A stretch of DNA of 64,000 nt, taken from Candidatus Nomurabacteria bacterium. Lineage in GTDB: Bacteria; Patescibacteriota; Saccharimonadia; Saccharimonadales; JAGQNJ01. Position numbers and translations under genes: made by a program. The notes below the pieces were generated by a model. That model worked only from the letters and a program-made list of their open reading frames with translations, was not told the DNA's origin and searched no databases. Every line of letters starts with the position of its first letter. Within the stretch, counting starts at the first letter, position 1. Below, piece after piece: positions 40,702 to 50,138 of the stretch. The stretch covers positions 609,890 to 673,889 of the forward strand of contig CP060231.1 in the NCBI GenBank assembly GCA_023898625.1, read 5' to 3'.

Positions 40702-41307
40702 CTAGTTGGTGCTGACCTTCTCCTTTTCGGGAGAAGTCCGGATCGGCCTGCGACGCCTACTGACAGACATCGGCCGGTCGATCCCGAAGAAGAACTCCAG
40801 GATGGCCTCGTTAGCAACGCCAGCGATGACGACCACCGGGATGGTGATCATCTGGAACATATTGGCGCTTTCTGGCCAAAGTGCTCCATTGGTGGTGTTG
40901 CTGACCCACATGGTGGCGCCACCCATGTCAGACGCAATGTCCAACAAGAAGATAGCACCCGCCATCACCAGAGCGCCGATGTGCTGTGGTTTCAGCTGAC
41001 GAAACTGAAGGTTCGTCTTGCTGAAGTTCCACAAGGCAATCTGGATGCCACTACAGATAGCACTGATCATGAAGCCCAACATGGTAGCGTGGGCCCAGTC
41101 GATGTGCCACCCGAGCAGCGGCAAGTTTAGGTTGAACGAACCCGTCATGTAGGGCTCGAACGCACCCTGGAAATAGTTCGCCCCAGAGGCGATGTCCAGG
41201 TACAGGAGACCCGGTCCCAAGACGATACAGATGAAAGCCTTCCAGGTGACGGCGATCGTGGCATTGATGCCACGGACGAACTGGGAGTTATTGCCGTATG
41301 CAGGCAT
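40702..41307 (-). CDS. Hypothetical 4-TM membrane protein on a compositionally foreign (high-GC) island
   Basis: 201 aa. Four hydrophobic helices plus an RRRRP basic tail. Codons are strongly C/G-ending on this strand (ATC, GCC, GTC, CTG, TTC...). The overlapping plus-strand ORFs are read as GC shadows. Confidence 0.7.
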   Translation of the reverse strand: MPAYGNNSQFVRGINATIAVTWKAFICIVLGPGLLYLDIASGANYFQGAFEPYMTGSFNLNLPLLGWHIDWAHATMLGFMISAICSGIQIALWNFSKTNLQFRQLKPQHIGALVMAGAIFLLDIASDMGGATMWVSNTTNGALWPESANMFQMITIPVVVIAGVANEAILEFFFGIDRPMSVSRRRRPIRTSPEKEKVSTN

Positions 41308-41402
41308 GGGAATCTCAACTTTCTTTTGGGAGGGAACAAATTGTTAAGGTCCTTAGACCTCATTCCACCAGTGTTGGTAGAATGTTACATAATACAACAG
41401 TA

Positions 41403-41432
41403 TTGACAAAAAGTCAATACGAAGTGTATAAT
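41403..41432 (+). promoter_or_regulatory. Near-consensus sigma70-type promoter with a palindrome over the -35
   Basis: TTGACA (41403-41408), 18 nt, TGtTATAAT (-10 at 41427-41432). TTGACaaaaaGTCAA inverted repeat at 41403-41417. AAGGA SD at 41443-41447 before ATG 41454. Confidence 0.6.
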
Positions 41433-41453
41433 ACATGACTTTAAGGACGATAT

Positions 41454-43124
41454 ATGTCAGTAGATAATATAAATGATATCAGGCCATTTGAGGTAGATGT
41501 GTATAACCCCGGAATTCATGAACTTTCTGGTGAGTATCAAAACACCCAATCAGGCTTTAGGCGTGTGATAGCTATTGGCGTGGTGGCGCTTGCTGGTTTG
41601 GGGTTGTTCGCCAAAGGCTATTCAAACAATCATCAGGACGAGTCACAACAGAGAGATCCGCAAATAACTTTTCCAGAACAAGCCACGGCCGAAGTCGCCA
41701 ACATTAACACAAGCCTAGATTCTGTTCAGCTTGGTCAAGCCTATGCCCTAGATTCTTTAATCCAAAATATTAAAACAAACGACGCTGTGTATGCTACCAC
41801 GGATAGCGACAGAACAAAGAATATGCCCAATGGTTATGTAAAATTTCTGTTACCAAACGAGGAAAAAGGCATAAAAGTTCCTTTTACGGTAGCAGAACGT
41901 ACCGCAGATATCGAAAGATATACATCTCCAGAGCTTTCGGCGGTACTCTTAGCAACCGCAAAAATATACCAAGACTTAATTTTCACTAAGTATCCTCAAT
42001 TAGCTGGTGAAATGCTAAGGATTCGCGATCTTAATTCGCCGTTTCATAAGAATCACTCAACTGGAACACAAGCAGATATTTCTAGTATGCTAGGTTGGCA
42101 AGTTGCGCAATATTCTAATGGTTCTTTTGCGGATCAGCAATTTTCTACCAGATTTAATAGAGAGTTTACGATTGATCTAATGACGGAGATGTCAAGGTTT
42201 ACAATTAATGGTCAGCCTGTCATAAGGCGAATTGTATACAGCGATGAAGCTATAAACAACGCAGTAAATGATAGGGTTGGCAGAAGGTTTGCGGTATTTG
42301 CAAAGTGGCACAAAGATCACGCTCATCTTGACCTTAATAGCAGTGTGGCACAGTTGCCTGCATGGAGGCCGGATACGAGTCAAATTCCCTGGAACGAACA
42401 GCAGGATTTACGAATCGGAGGCATGGCTCAGCCAATCAGCCCGGAGCAATCTATCCATGAACACGGTGACTTTATTAAGTGGGTAGCATCTATATCAAAA
42501 CCAGACACCAATGAGTCAGAAACAAACTTGCCACACCCAGATGTAATGCCACTTAATCCAGGCGCAGAGGAACTTATAGATTCACTTGATATTTCATCAG
42601 AACATAAAGATTATCTTAAGCGGATGGTTCCAGTTATTGCGACAGCAACCAAAGCTGGTGCAAAATTTAACCCAGCCGGGGCTTTAGCTCATTCTGCTAC
42701 AGAGTCAGGTTGGGGAGTTAGCGATTTGAGCAAAAAAGCAAATAATTATTTTGGCCTTAAGGCCGGTAAGTACTGGACGGGAAAAACCATCAACCTCAAA
42801 ACACTAGAAGAATACACAGAGGGCAACCTAACAACTATTAAAGATAACTTTCGAGATTACGACGATCCTCTATCTGGTGTAATGGACTATGCGCGATTTA
42901 TTGAGAGTCGACCATGGTATGCTGATGCAATCGCCAACAACCAAACACCAAAGGGATATTTTGATGGGTTATTTCACGAGATCGACAACAACGGAAATAT
43001 ATTAAAGCGCCAGGGCGAGGGTGCAATTAGTTATGGAACATCTAGGGGTTACGTAGAAAGAGCGGTAGAATTTACAAGGCAATACAACCTGGAAGAAATT
43101 ATGAATGCTCAGCTTGGTTCATAA
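41454..43124 (+). CDS. Membrane-anchored bifunctional cell-wall hydrolase: LAS-type Zn peptidase-like domain + C-terminal glucosaminidase (GH73/FlgJ-like) domain
   Basis: 556 aa. TM VIAIGVVALAGLGLFA. HSTGTQAD (Hx6D) plus HAH (HxH) as in LAS/M15 peptidases. C-terminus AHSATESGWGVSDLSKKANNYFGLKAG...YDDPLSGVMDYARFI is typical of mannosyl-glycoprotein endo-beta-N-acetylglucosaminidase domains. Confidence 0.75.
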   Translation: MSVDNINDIRPFEVDVYNPGIHELSGEYQNTQSGFRRVIAIGVVALAGLGLFAKGYSNNHQDESQQRDPQITFPEQATAEVANINTSLDSVQLGQAYALDSLIQNIKTNDAVYATTDSDRTKNMPNGYVKFLLPNEEKGIKVPFTVAERTADIERYTSPELSAVLLATAKIYQDLIFTKYPQLAGEMLRIRDLNSPFHKNHSTGTQADISSMLGWQVAQYSNGSFADQQFSTRFNREFTIDLMTEMSRFTINGQPVIRRIVYSDEAINNAVNDRVGRRFAVFAKWHKDHAHLDLNSSVAQLPAWRPDTSQIPWNEQQDLRIGGMAQPISPEQSIHEHGDFIKWVASISKPDTNESETNLPHPDVMPLNPGAEELIDSLDISSEHKDYLKRMVPVIATATKAGAKFNPAGALAHSATESGWGVSDLSKKANNYFGLKAGKYWTGKTINLKTLEEYTEGNLTTIKDNFRDYDDPLSGVMDYARFIESRPWYADAIANNQTPKGYFDGLFHEIDNNGNILKRQGEGAISYGTSRGYVERAVEFTRQYNLEEIMNAQLGS

Positions 43125-43142
43125 GAAGTTATAATATAGTTT

Positions 43143-44654
43143 GTGAACGAAAAGTTACAGGCTAAGATTAAGAAATTACCCAGAGAGCCAGGGGTCTACT
43201 TTCACAAGGATAAGATCGGGCAAATAATCTATGTGGGTAAAGCATCGAATTTGCGTAATCGAGTTAGACAATATTTTCAGGCTAGTCGTAGTCGTGATCC
43301 AAAAACAGAATTACTGGTGGGTGAAATTTCCGACACCGATTGGCAAGTGGTTGATAGTGAAGTTGAAGCTTTGTTTTTAGAGGCTGAGATGATCCGGCGC
43401 TACATGCCTAAGTACAATATTCTGCTACGTGACGATAAGTCGATGACCTATTTACGCATAAACTTTAAGGATAAATATCCAAGTGTATCATTTACTCGTC
43501 GCCCGATTGATGATGGTGCAGAATATTACGGTCCATACTTAAGCGCGCTAGCACTGAAAAGGGCTTTAAAATACCTACGTCGAGCATTTCCTTACTCTAC
43601 GCATACAGTGTTGCCAAAACGAGCTTGCTTGCAATATCACTTAGGGTTATGCCCAGGACCAGAAACCGGTAGTCTAGATGAAAGGGTTTATAAATCAAAT
43701 CTGAAGCAATTGGTTAGAGTGCTAAAAGGACAGCGTACTAAATTGCTCAAAGAACTCGAACAAGACATGAAGAAACATGCTTTAAATCAAGAATTTGAAA
43801 AGGCTGGCGTTATCAGGAATCAGATATTTGCCCTAAAAAACGTTGGGCAACAAGTTATTTTTGGCGATAAAGAATTTTTAGATATATCTAAAGATCATGC
43901 CTTGGTTGAGTTAACTAAACTACTCGGTCTTAATAAACCGCCACGACGCATCGAGGGATATGATATTAGTCATATGTCCGGAACTGACACCGTAGCAAGT
44001 ATGGTTGTTTTTGTTAATGGTGCGTCTGATAAAAGTAGCTATCGAAAATTTAAATCACGAATCGCTGGTAACGATGATTTTAAGCATATGCACGAGGTTA
44101 TAAGTAGACGCTTTAGTGAGAAAAATATAAAGCAATGGGGTATGCCAGATTTGCTTCTGATTGATGGAGGAAAGGGGCAGTTGGCTTCGGCAATAAAAGC
44201 GTTACGTGAAAAAAATATACAGATACCAGTTATAGGTTTGGCAAAAAAGTATGAAGAGGTGGTTGTGGATAATGACTGGCCACATGTAAGCCTGAACCAA
44301 GATGAAGTTACAAGTTTGAACGGATTTGCGCGGGTAAGTGATAAGTTTACGTTGATAGATCTGCCTAATAATTCAAATCTGGTTAAGCTACTTCAAAGAG
44401 TTCGAGATGAATCTCATCGTTTTGCGGTTAGTTATCATTCAGTACTAAAACAAGGTCGGCAAACTAAAAGTATGCTTGATGAAGTTCCAGGTATTGGCTC
44501 GATAACTAAAAAGAAACTACTACAAAAATTCGGTAGCTATAAATCAGTTACAGAGGCAAGCCAACAGGATCTCGCTCGCGCCATCGGGGACAAAAAAGCA
44601 ACTGTTTTAAAAACTTACATTGATAGTTATAAAAATGATAGTGCGAAAAAGTGA
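43143..44654 (+). CDS. uvrC: Excinuclease ABC subunit C (compact, 503 aa)
   Basis: GIY-YIG (GVYFHKDKIGQIIYVGKASNLRNRV), UVR-like helix, endonuclease domain (IEGYDISH, DGGKGQL), HhH (IPGIGSITKKKLLQKFGS). GTG start 7 nt after TATAAT (43130-43135). Confidence 0.92.
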   Translation: MNEKLQAKIKKLPREPGVYFHKDKIGQIIYVGKASNLRNRVRQYFQASRSRDPKTELLVGEISDTDWQVVDSEVEALFLEAEMIRRYMPKYNILLRDDKSMTYLRINFKDKYPSVSFTRRPIDDGAEYYGPYLSALALKRALKYLRRAFPYSTHTVLPKRACLQYHLGLCPGPETGSLDERVYKSNLKQLVRVLKGQRTKLLKELEQDMKKHALNQEFEKAGVIRNQIFALKNVGQQVIFGDKEFLDISKDHALVELTKLLGLNKPPRRIEGYDISHMSGTDTVASMVVFVNGASDKSSYRKFKSRIAGNDDFKHMHEVISRRFSEKNIKQWGMPDLLLIDGGKGQLASAIKALREKNIQIPVIGLAKKYEEVVVDNDWPHVSLNQDEVTSLNGFARVSDKFTLIDLPNNSNLVKLLQRVRDESHRFAVSYHSVLKQGRQTKSMLDEVPGIGSITKKKLLQKFGSYKSVTEASQQDLARAIGDKKATVLKTYIDSYKNDSAKK

Positions 44655-44676
44655 TTCTGGCTTATACTAAATAGAA

Positions 44677-45891
44677 GTGAAAAGTTTTAGCTCAGAGTTT
44701 TTTAAGCAAAATAGGCTTGCTTTGCGTCAAAGTATCGGTGATGAATCACCGATAATATTATCGGCTAACGGCGTGATACAGCGAGCTGGAGATAGCGGAT
44801 ATCCATTTAGGCAGGATAGTAATTTTTGGTATCTAACGGGTCTATCTGTTCCTGATGTGACCTTAGTGATTACACAAAAAACCGAGTTTCTGATTCTTCC
44901 GGAGAGAGACCCGATTTTGGATTATTTTGAAGGGGCTATTGCCGTAGACGCACTAAGGAAAACTTCTGGTATTGACCAAATTATGTCGCATCACGAGGGT
45001 TGGGAACATCTAAGATTGGTTATAACAAAGAGTAAGTGTTTGTACACCGCTATAGTAAAAGGTTTCGATGCTCGACATAGTATTTATATCAACCCTAGTA
45101 AACCTCGATTAATTAGTCGATTAAAAAGACTGAGTGCAGATGTAGAAATTAAGGATATTAGAAAGAACCTCACTCACCTAAGGATGGTTAAGCAGTCTGT
45201 CGAGATTGGCGCCATTGAAAATTCTATCCAAGTTACTATAGGTGCTTTTAGCGAGATATTTAGAGATGGTTGGTACGAGAAAAATAATAGTGAAGCATTG
45301 ATTTCGGCGCGTTTGGGTTTTGAATTTGCAAAAAGAGATGGTGAGCACGCCTATCCGCCAATAGTAGCCTCCGGAAAATCGGCCTGTACTTTGCATTACG
45401 ACAAAAACAACCAGCCTATTGGTGATAATGATTCACTATTGGTTGATGCGGGTGCTGAAGTTGGGATGTATGCTTCAGATATAACAAGGGTCTATTCTCC
45501 AAAAAAGATGTCGTTATTGCAAAATGAAGTCTACGAAGCCGTCAAAGATATACAAGAGTACGTTATTAGCGAGCTTAAACCCGGTGTGGATATTAAAGAA
45601 ATCGATAAGCAGGTAGAGAAAAAGATCGGGCAGTTCTTAAAATTAAAGAAATTAATAACTAAGCAAGAGCCTGCGCAAATCCGAAAGTTTTATCCTCATG
45701 CCGTTTCACATCATCTTGGGTTGGATGTCCATGATGTCGCCGATTATTCACAGCCACTTGCAGAAGGTAATGTAATAACCGTAGAGCCCGGAATCTATAT
45801 TCCAGAGTATGGCATTGGTGTACGCATCGAAGATGATATATTAATAACAAAAAATGGTGCAAAGAATCTGAGCGCTGACTTGCCATCGTAG
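44677..45891 (+). CDS. Xaa-Pro aminopeptidase / M24B metallopeptidase
   Basis: 404 aa. DAGAEVGMYASDITR, HAVSHHLGLDVHD, VEPGIY, RIEDDILIT metal ligand motifs. Confidence 0.88.
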   Translation: MKSFSSEFFKQNRLALRQSIGDESPIILSANGVIQRAGDSGYPFRQDSNFWYLTGLSVPDVTLVITQKTEFLILPERDPILDYFEGAIAVDALRKTSGIDQIMSHHEGWEHLRLVITKSKCLYTAIVKGFDARHSIYINPSKPRLISRLKRLSADVEIKDIRKNLTHLRMVKQSVEIGAIENSIQVTIGAFSEIFRDGWYEKNNSEALISARLGFEFAKRDGEHAYPPIVASGKSACTLHYDKNNQPIGDNDSLLVDAGAEVGMYASDITRVYSPKKMSLLQNEVYEAVKDIQEYVISELKPGVDIKEIDKQVEKKIGQFLKLKKLITKQEPAQIRKFYPHAVSHHLGLDVHDVADYSQPLAEGNVITVEPGIYIPEYGIGVRIEDDILITKNGAKNLSADLPS

Positions 45892-45918
45892 TCCGGTCGA
45901 AGTAAAATAGGCATAAGC

Positions 45919-46281
45919 ATGAAAAACCCAATTATTAGATTTATGATTAGATGGGGTGTTTGCACACTTGGGTTATGGATATCTGCTAGCCTGCTTGGTG
46001 ATAATATATCGTATCAAGATAAATTGAGCGTAGTGATTGTAGCTGGTTTGGTCTTAGCGCTTGTGAATATGGTTATAAAACCAGTGGTAGTAATGCTTTC
46101 TCTGCCGGCATTGTTATTCACTCTAGGCTTGTTTATGGTTGTTATTAACGGATTGATGGTTGTTTTGGTAAGCAAGATTTATGGGTCATTAGAGGTTGCA
46201 AATTTTTGGAGTGCGATGTTTGCTGGTATGATAATAGGGCTAGTTAATTATTTAGTAAGCGCAGTCGTGGAGGAAAAATGA
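45919..46281 (+). CDS. Phage-holin-4_2 / YvlD-like small membrane protein
   Basis: 120 aa. Pattern VNMVIKPVVVMLSLPALLFTLGLFMVVINGLML matches the family as I remember it (PF04020-like). Confidence 0.65.
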   Translation: MKNPIIRFMIRWGVCTLGLWISASLLGDNISYQDKLSVVIVAGLVLALVNMVIKPVVVMLSLPALLFTLGLFMVVINGLMVVLVSKIYGSLEVANFWSAMFAGMIIGLVNYLVSAVVEEK

Positions 46282-46490
46282 CTATTTACAACTATATAAC
46301 AATCATTTCAGCTGTATTAATGACCATCCTGATATTGATTCAAACCAGGGGTGCATCATTGGGTGCTGGTTTTGGTGGTGGTACAGAGGTCAACACTGTT
46401 CGTCGTGGAACAGATAAGACCATATTTCAGATTACTATTGTGATGGCTTTTATATTTGCCTCGTCAATAATTGCAGGAGTTATTGCCTAG
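46278..46490 (+). CDS. secG: Preprotein translocase subunit SecG
   Basis: 70 aa, two TM, ILIQTRGASLGAGFGGG signature. ATGA overlap with the upstream gene. Confidence 0.85.
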   Translation: MTIYNYITIISAVLMTILILIQTRGASLGAGFGGGTEVNTVRRGTDKTIFQITIVMAFIFASSIIAGVIA

Positions 46491-46496
46491 TAATCT

Positions 46497-48281
46497 ATGG
46501 TTGATCGATATACTAAGTTACGCTGGCGAAGGCGCTTCAAGAGGAGTCAGCGTCAGGTTGAAAACTTTTCGATTCAAGCCGAACAAGGTGTTGATAAATA
46601 TTTCTTCGGGCGCCTACCAAGATTATCTAATGTACGTCGTTTCGTTACAGGATGGGTATTATTAATCTTCTTGCTAGGAGTTGGTCTAGTGTTTCAGGTA
46701 CGCGCCCTATCGCCATATTATCAAACAGTACAGTCAGCAGAAGGCGGTATATTTACAGAAGGGATAGTTGGTCATTTTACAACCGCAAACCCACTGTACG
46801 CTACTAGCTCCGTAGATAGCTCTGTTTCGCGATTAATCTTTTCTGGATTGATGCAATATAATGGACACGATCAGTTGATTGGTGATCTAGCTAGTGAAGT
46901 TACCTCCGATGAAAGGGCGACCGTATTTACCGCTAAGCTAAAAGACAATATTTATTGGCACGATGGTAAGCCAGTCACCGCAGATGACGTCGTGTTCACC
47001 TATCAATTAATTCAAAACCCAGATGCTAAATCTCCTCTTCAGAGTAACTGGAAGAGCGTGAAAATCGAGAAAGTCGATGATAGAACAGTGCGTTTTACGT
47101 TACCGCATGCTTTAGCTTCATTTAAGAATTTACTAACAAATGGGATTATACCCAAACACAAATTAGAAAAAGTTCATCCATCTCAACTTCGTACAGACGC
47201 ATTTAACGTAACCTCACCGATTGGCAGTGGTCCATTTAAGTGGGATAGCATTCAGATTAGCGGACAAACTCCAGAGGAAAGAGAAGAGCAAATTGGACTG
47301 AGCGCCAATCTTGAATACTACGGAGGTGAGCCTGACCTAGATAAATTTATAGTAAAAGCTGTGAATAATAAAGATCTTCTTGTGAAGCGGTTTAATGATC
47401 AGCAAGTAGATGCCATGGTTGGCATTGACAAAATGCCAGATAATATTGATAAAGATGCAGTTGTTAAAGAAAATAGTATTCCATTAGATGCTCAGGTTAT
47501 GGTATTTTTCAAATCAAGCAATGATGTGTTGGGTGATAAGGCTGTTCGACAGGCTCTAACGAAAGCCACAAACAGAGCCGAGATACTTAATGGCTTAGGC
47601 TATCCAGTTAAGCCATCTGAAGGTCCGTTATTGCACTCTCATTTAGGTTTTGCGAAGGATGTTACACAATTTGGGTACAATTTAGAAGAGGCCAATGCGA
47701 TTCTTGATCAGAATGGTTGGGTAAAAAATCAAGAAGGAGTTCGCGAAAAATCCGGGAAAAAGTTATCGTTTAGTCTTAGTTCCCAAAACAATAGCGAATA
47801 TGCTTATACCTCACAAATACTTCAAAGACAGTGGCGTGAGGTTGGAGCCGATGTAAAAGTTGATTTAGAGAGTGATACTGATTTACAGTCTACAATCGCT
47901 TCACATAATTACGACTCTTTGCTTTACGGTATTTCTGTAGGTAACGATCCAGATGTCTACGCATATTGGCATAGCTCTCAGGCAGACGTTCGCTCTTCTT
48001 CACGGTTGAATTTTTCTGAGTTTAAATCGGCTCTAGCAGATAGTGCGCTAGATGCTGGCCGTACGCGAACTGATCCAAACCTGCGAGCTGTGAAGTACCG
48101 TTCGTTTCTGACGGCATGGCGTGATGAGGCTCCAGCAATCGCCTTGTATCAACCAAGATTCTTGTATATATCTAGAGGTGTAGTTTATGGGTTTGATAAC
48201 AGGGTATTAAACACAGCTGTTGATAGATTTTGGAATGTGCAAAACTGGCGTGTTAGGACAGAAAAAGTCACAATTCAGTAA
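46497..48281 (+). CDS. ABC-transporter family-5 (peptide/nickel-type) substrate-binding protein, membrane-anchored; no cognate permease or ATPase adjacent
   Basis: 594 aa. N-terminal TM GWVLLIFLLGVGLVF. YWHDGKPVTADDVVFTY and overall SBP_bac_5 layout. Confidence 0.8.
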   Translation: MVDRYTKLRWRRRFKRSQRQVENFSIQAEQGVDKYFFGRLPRLSNVRRFVTGWVLLIFLLGVGLVFQVRALSPYYQTVQSAEGGIFTEGIVGHFTTANPLYATSSVDSSVSRLIFSGLMQYNGHDQLIGDLASEVTSDERATVFTAKLKDNIYWHDGKPVTADDVVFTYQLIQNPDAKSPLQSNWKSVKIEKVDDRTVRFTLPHALASFKNLLTNGIIPKHKLEKVHPSQLRTDAFNVTSPIGSGPFKWDSIQISGQTPEEREEQIGLSANLEYYGGEPDLDKFIVKAVNNKDLLVKRFNDQQVDAMVGIDKMPDNIDKDAVVKENSIPLDAQVMVFFKSSNDVLGDKAVRQALTKATNRAEILNGLGYPVKPSEGPLLHSHLGFAKDVTQFGYNLEEANAILDQNGWVKNQEGVREKSGKKLSFSLSSQNNSEYAYTSQILQRQWREVGADVKVDLESDTDLQSTIASHNYDSLLYGISVGNDPDVYAYWHSSQADVRSSSRLNFSEFKSALADSALDAGRTRTDPNLRAVKYRSFLTAWRDEAPAIALYQPRFLYISRGVVYGFDNRVLNTAVDRFWNVQNWRVRTEKVTIQ

Positions 48282-48351
48282 AAACTAATATTTATTAGTA
48301 AGGTGCTTGTGGTATTATATTCTTATTGAATAAAAACAAGGATAGGGATAA

Positions 48352-49986
48352 ATGAATAAGATTGCTCACTATTTGCAACAGCACCTTGTTGGTGAAGTTT
48401 TGTCATCTGGGGATGTGCGACGACACTTCTCTACGGATGCAAGCGTATTTACATTGACGCCAACGGTGGTTGCATATCCACGTAACGAAAACGATATTCG
48501 AAAGGTATCACGATTTACGTGGCAGTTAGCCGAGCGAGGTCGAGTTATTCCGGTTACGGCTCGCGGAAAGGGGAGTGATCAATCTGGTGCAGCCATCGGT
48601 AATGGCATTATGCTGGTATTCCCCGCACACATGAACAGGATCTTAGAATATGATGGCAAGAGTGGTGATGTTACTGTTGAGACTGGCATTAATTACGGAA
48701 GATTGCAACAAACTTTGTATACTCACGGACGATTCTTGCCACCATATCCATCTTCCCTAGATTACTCAACTATTGGTGGAGCAATTGCCAACAATGCGTC
48801 TGGCGAAAAGTCTGTTAAATATGGAACAACGCGTGATTACGTTAGAAGCATGCGTGTAGTTTTAGCTAATGGCGAGGTCATCGAAACAAGGCGTCTTTCT
48901 AAAAGAGAACTTAACAAAAAAATGGGTTTATCGAGTTTTGAAGGAGAAATTTACCGTAATCTAGACAAGTTAATAGAAGAAAACAAAGAAATCATTAAAC
49001 AGATTAATATAAATGTATCAAAAAACTCTGCTGGGTATGACATTGCTAGCGTAAAGCATAAGGGATCTTTTGATTTAACCCCTTTGATAGTTGGGTCACA
49101 GGGAACGTTAGGTATAGTGAGTGAGGCTACCTTAAAAACAGCCCCATATAATCCACATACTTCGCTGATAGCTGGATTTTTTGAAGATATCAACTCTGCT
49201 AAGAATTCCGTAATTGATTTGATGAAGCAATCAGAGAAGCCCAGTGCAATAGAAATGATTGATCAAAATTTGCTTAATTTTCTTGATGAAAATTATCCAA
49301 ACCAGCTAAAAGGAATAGTAAATAAGCCATTCCATAAAATAGTTTTGCTGATTGAATTTGATACTCACAATGAACGGGCTCGAAAGAAGTCTGCCAAAAG
49401 GGCTATAAAGATTCTAAACAAATATCATGCAGAGTATCAATTAGAAACCGAACCTGATGAAAGAGAAAAGTTGTGGAAGATACGCCACAGTGTTGCAACA
49501 GCTATTTCTCATAATTACGACCATAAAAAAGCTTTGCCAATTGTAGAAGATGGCATAGTTCCAATTGCTAAATTTTCAGAATATATCGACGGAGTTTACA
49601 AAATATTTGAAAAGCACAAACTAAAAATAGCATTGTGGGGTCATGCGGGCGATGCTAATTTACATATGCAACCCTTTTTGGACTTGAGCCAAATTGGCGA
49701 TCGCCAGAAAGTGTTTAGGATTATCGACGATTACTACAATCTTGTAATTGATTTAGGCGGTAGTACAAGCGGAGAGCATGGCGATGGACGTCTTAGGGCT
49801 CCATATTTACCAAAGCTTTATGGGCAACAGGTGTATGAGTTGTTTAGAAAGATTAAGGCAATTTTTGACCCATACAATACCCTTAACCCGGGTGTCAAGA
49901 TTGATGTATCTATAGAGGATATTAAACCGTTATTGCGCGATGAATATTCCCTAAACCATTTGTTTGACCATTTACCTAGATCATAA
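48352..49986 (+). CDS. FAD-linked oxidase (GlcD / D-lactate dehydrogenase-like)
   Basis: 544 aa. FAD_binding_4 motifs (RGKGSDQSGAA, STIGGAIANNASGEKSVKYGTTRDYV) and C-terminal GHAGDANLH, SGEHGDG. Confidence 0.85.
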   Translation: MNKIAHYLQQHLVGEVLSSGDVRRHFSTDASVFTLTPTVVAYPRNENDIRKVSRFTWQLAERGRVIPVTARGKGSDQSGAAIGNGIMLVFPAHMNRILEYDGKSGDVTVETGINYGRLQQTLYTHGRFLPPYPSSLDYSTIGGAIANNASGEKSVKYGTTRDYVRSMRVVLANGEVIETRRLSKRELNKKMGLSSFEGEIYRNLDKLIEENKEIIKQININVSKNSAGYDIASVKHKGSFDLTPLIVGSQGTLGIVSEATLKTAPYNPHTSLIAGFFEDINSAKNSVIDLMKQSEKPSAIEMIDQNLLNFLDENYPNQLKGIVNKPFHKIVLLIEFDTHNERARKKSAKRAIKILNKYHAEYQLETEPDEREKLWKIRHSVATAISHNYDHKKALPIVEDGIVPIAKFSEYIDGVYKIFEKHKLKIALWGHAGDANLHMQPFLDLSQIGDRQKVFRIIDDYYNLVIDLGGSTSGEHGDGRLRAPYLPKLYGQQVYELFRKIKAIFDPYNTLNPGVKIDVSIEDIKPLLRDEYSLNHLFDHLPRS

Positions 49987-50039
49987 CGTTAAAGTAGTTA
50001 TTTTGATATAATGAAATTTATCCTCATTTGAGTTTGTAT

Positions 50040-50126
50040 GTGCGAGTGGCGGAATCGGTAGACGCGCTAGCTTGAGGGGCTAGTGGGAGCAATCCTATGG
50101 AGGTTCAAGTCCTCTCTCGCACACCA
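50040..50126 (+). tRNA. tRNA-Leu (anticodon GAG), CCA encoded
   Basis: Acceptor GTGCGAG/CTCGCAC. Anticodon arm CTAGC-TTGAGGG-GCTAG. Long variable arm. T arm GGAGG-TTCAAGT-CCTCT. Discriminator A + CCA. Confidence 0.9.
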
Positions 50127-50138
50127 ATCAAAAGGTTT

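Noticed and set aside
40687-41130. Plus-strand ORFs 40687-41130 and 40706-40999, and minus-strand 41145-41363, in the GC-rich island.
   Set aside because: These are typical stop-codon-poor shadow frames of GC-rich DNA. Only the minus-strand 40702-41307 frame shows C/G-ending codon periodicity and coherent TM helices.
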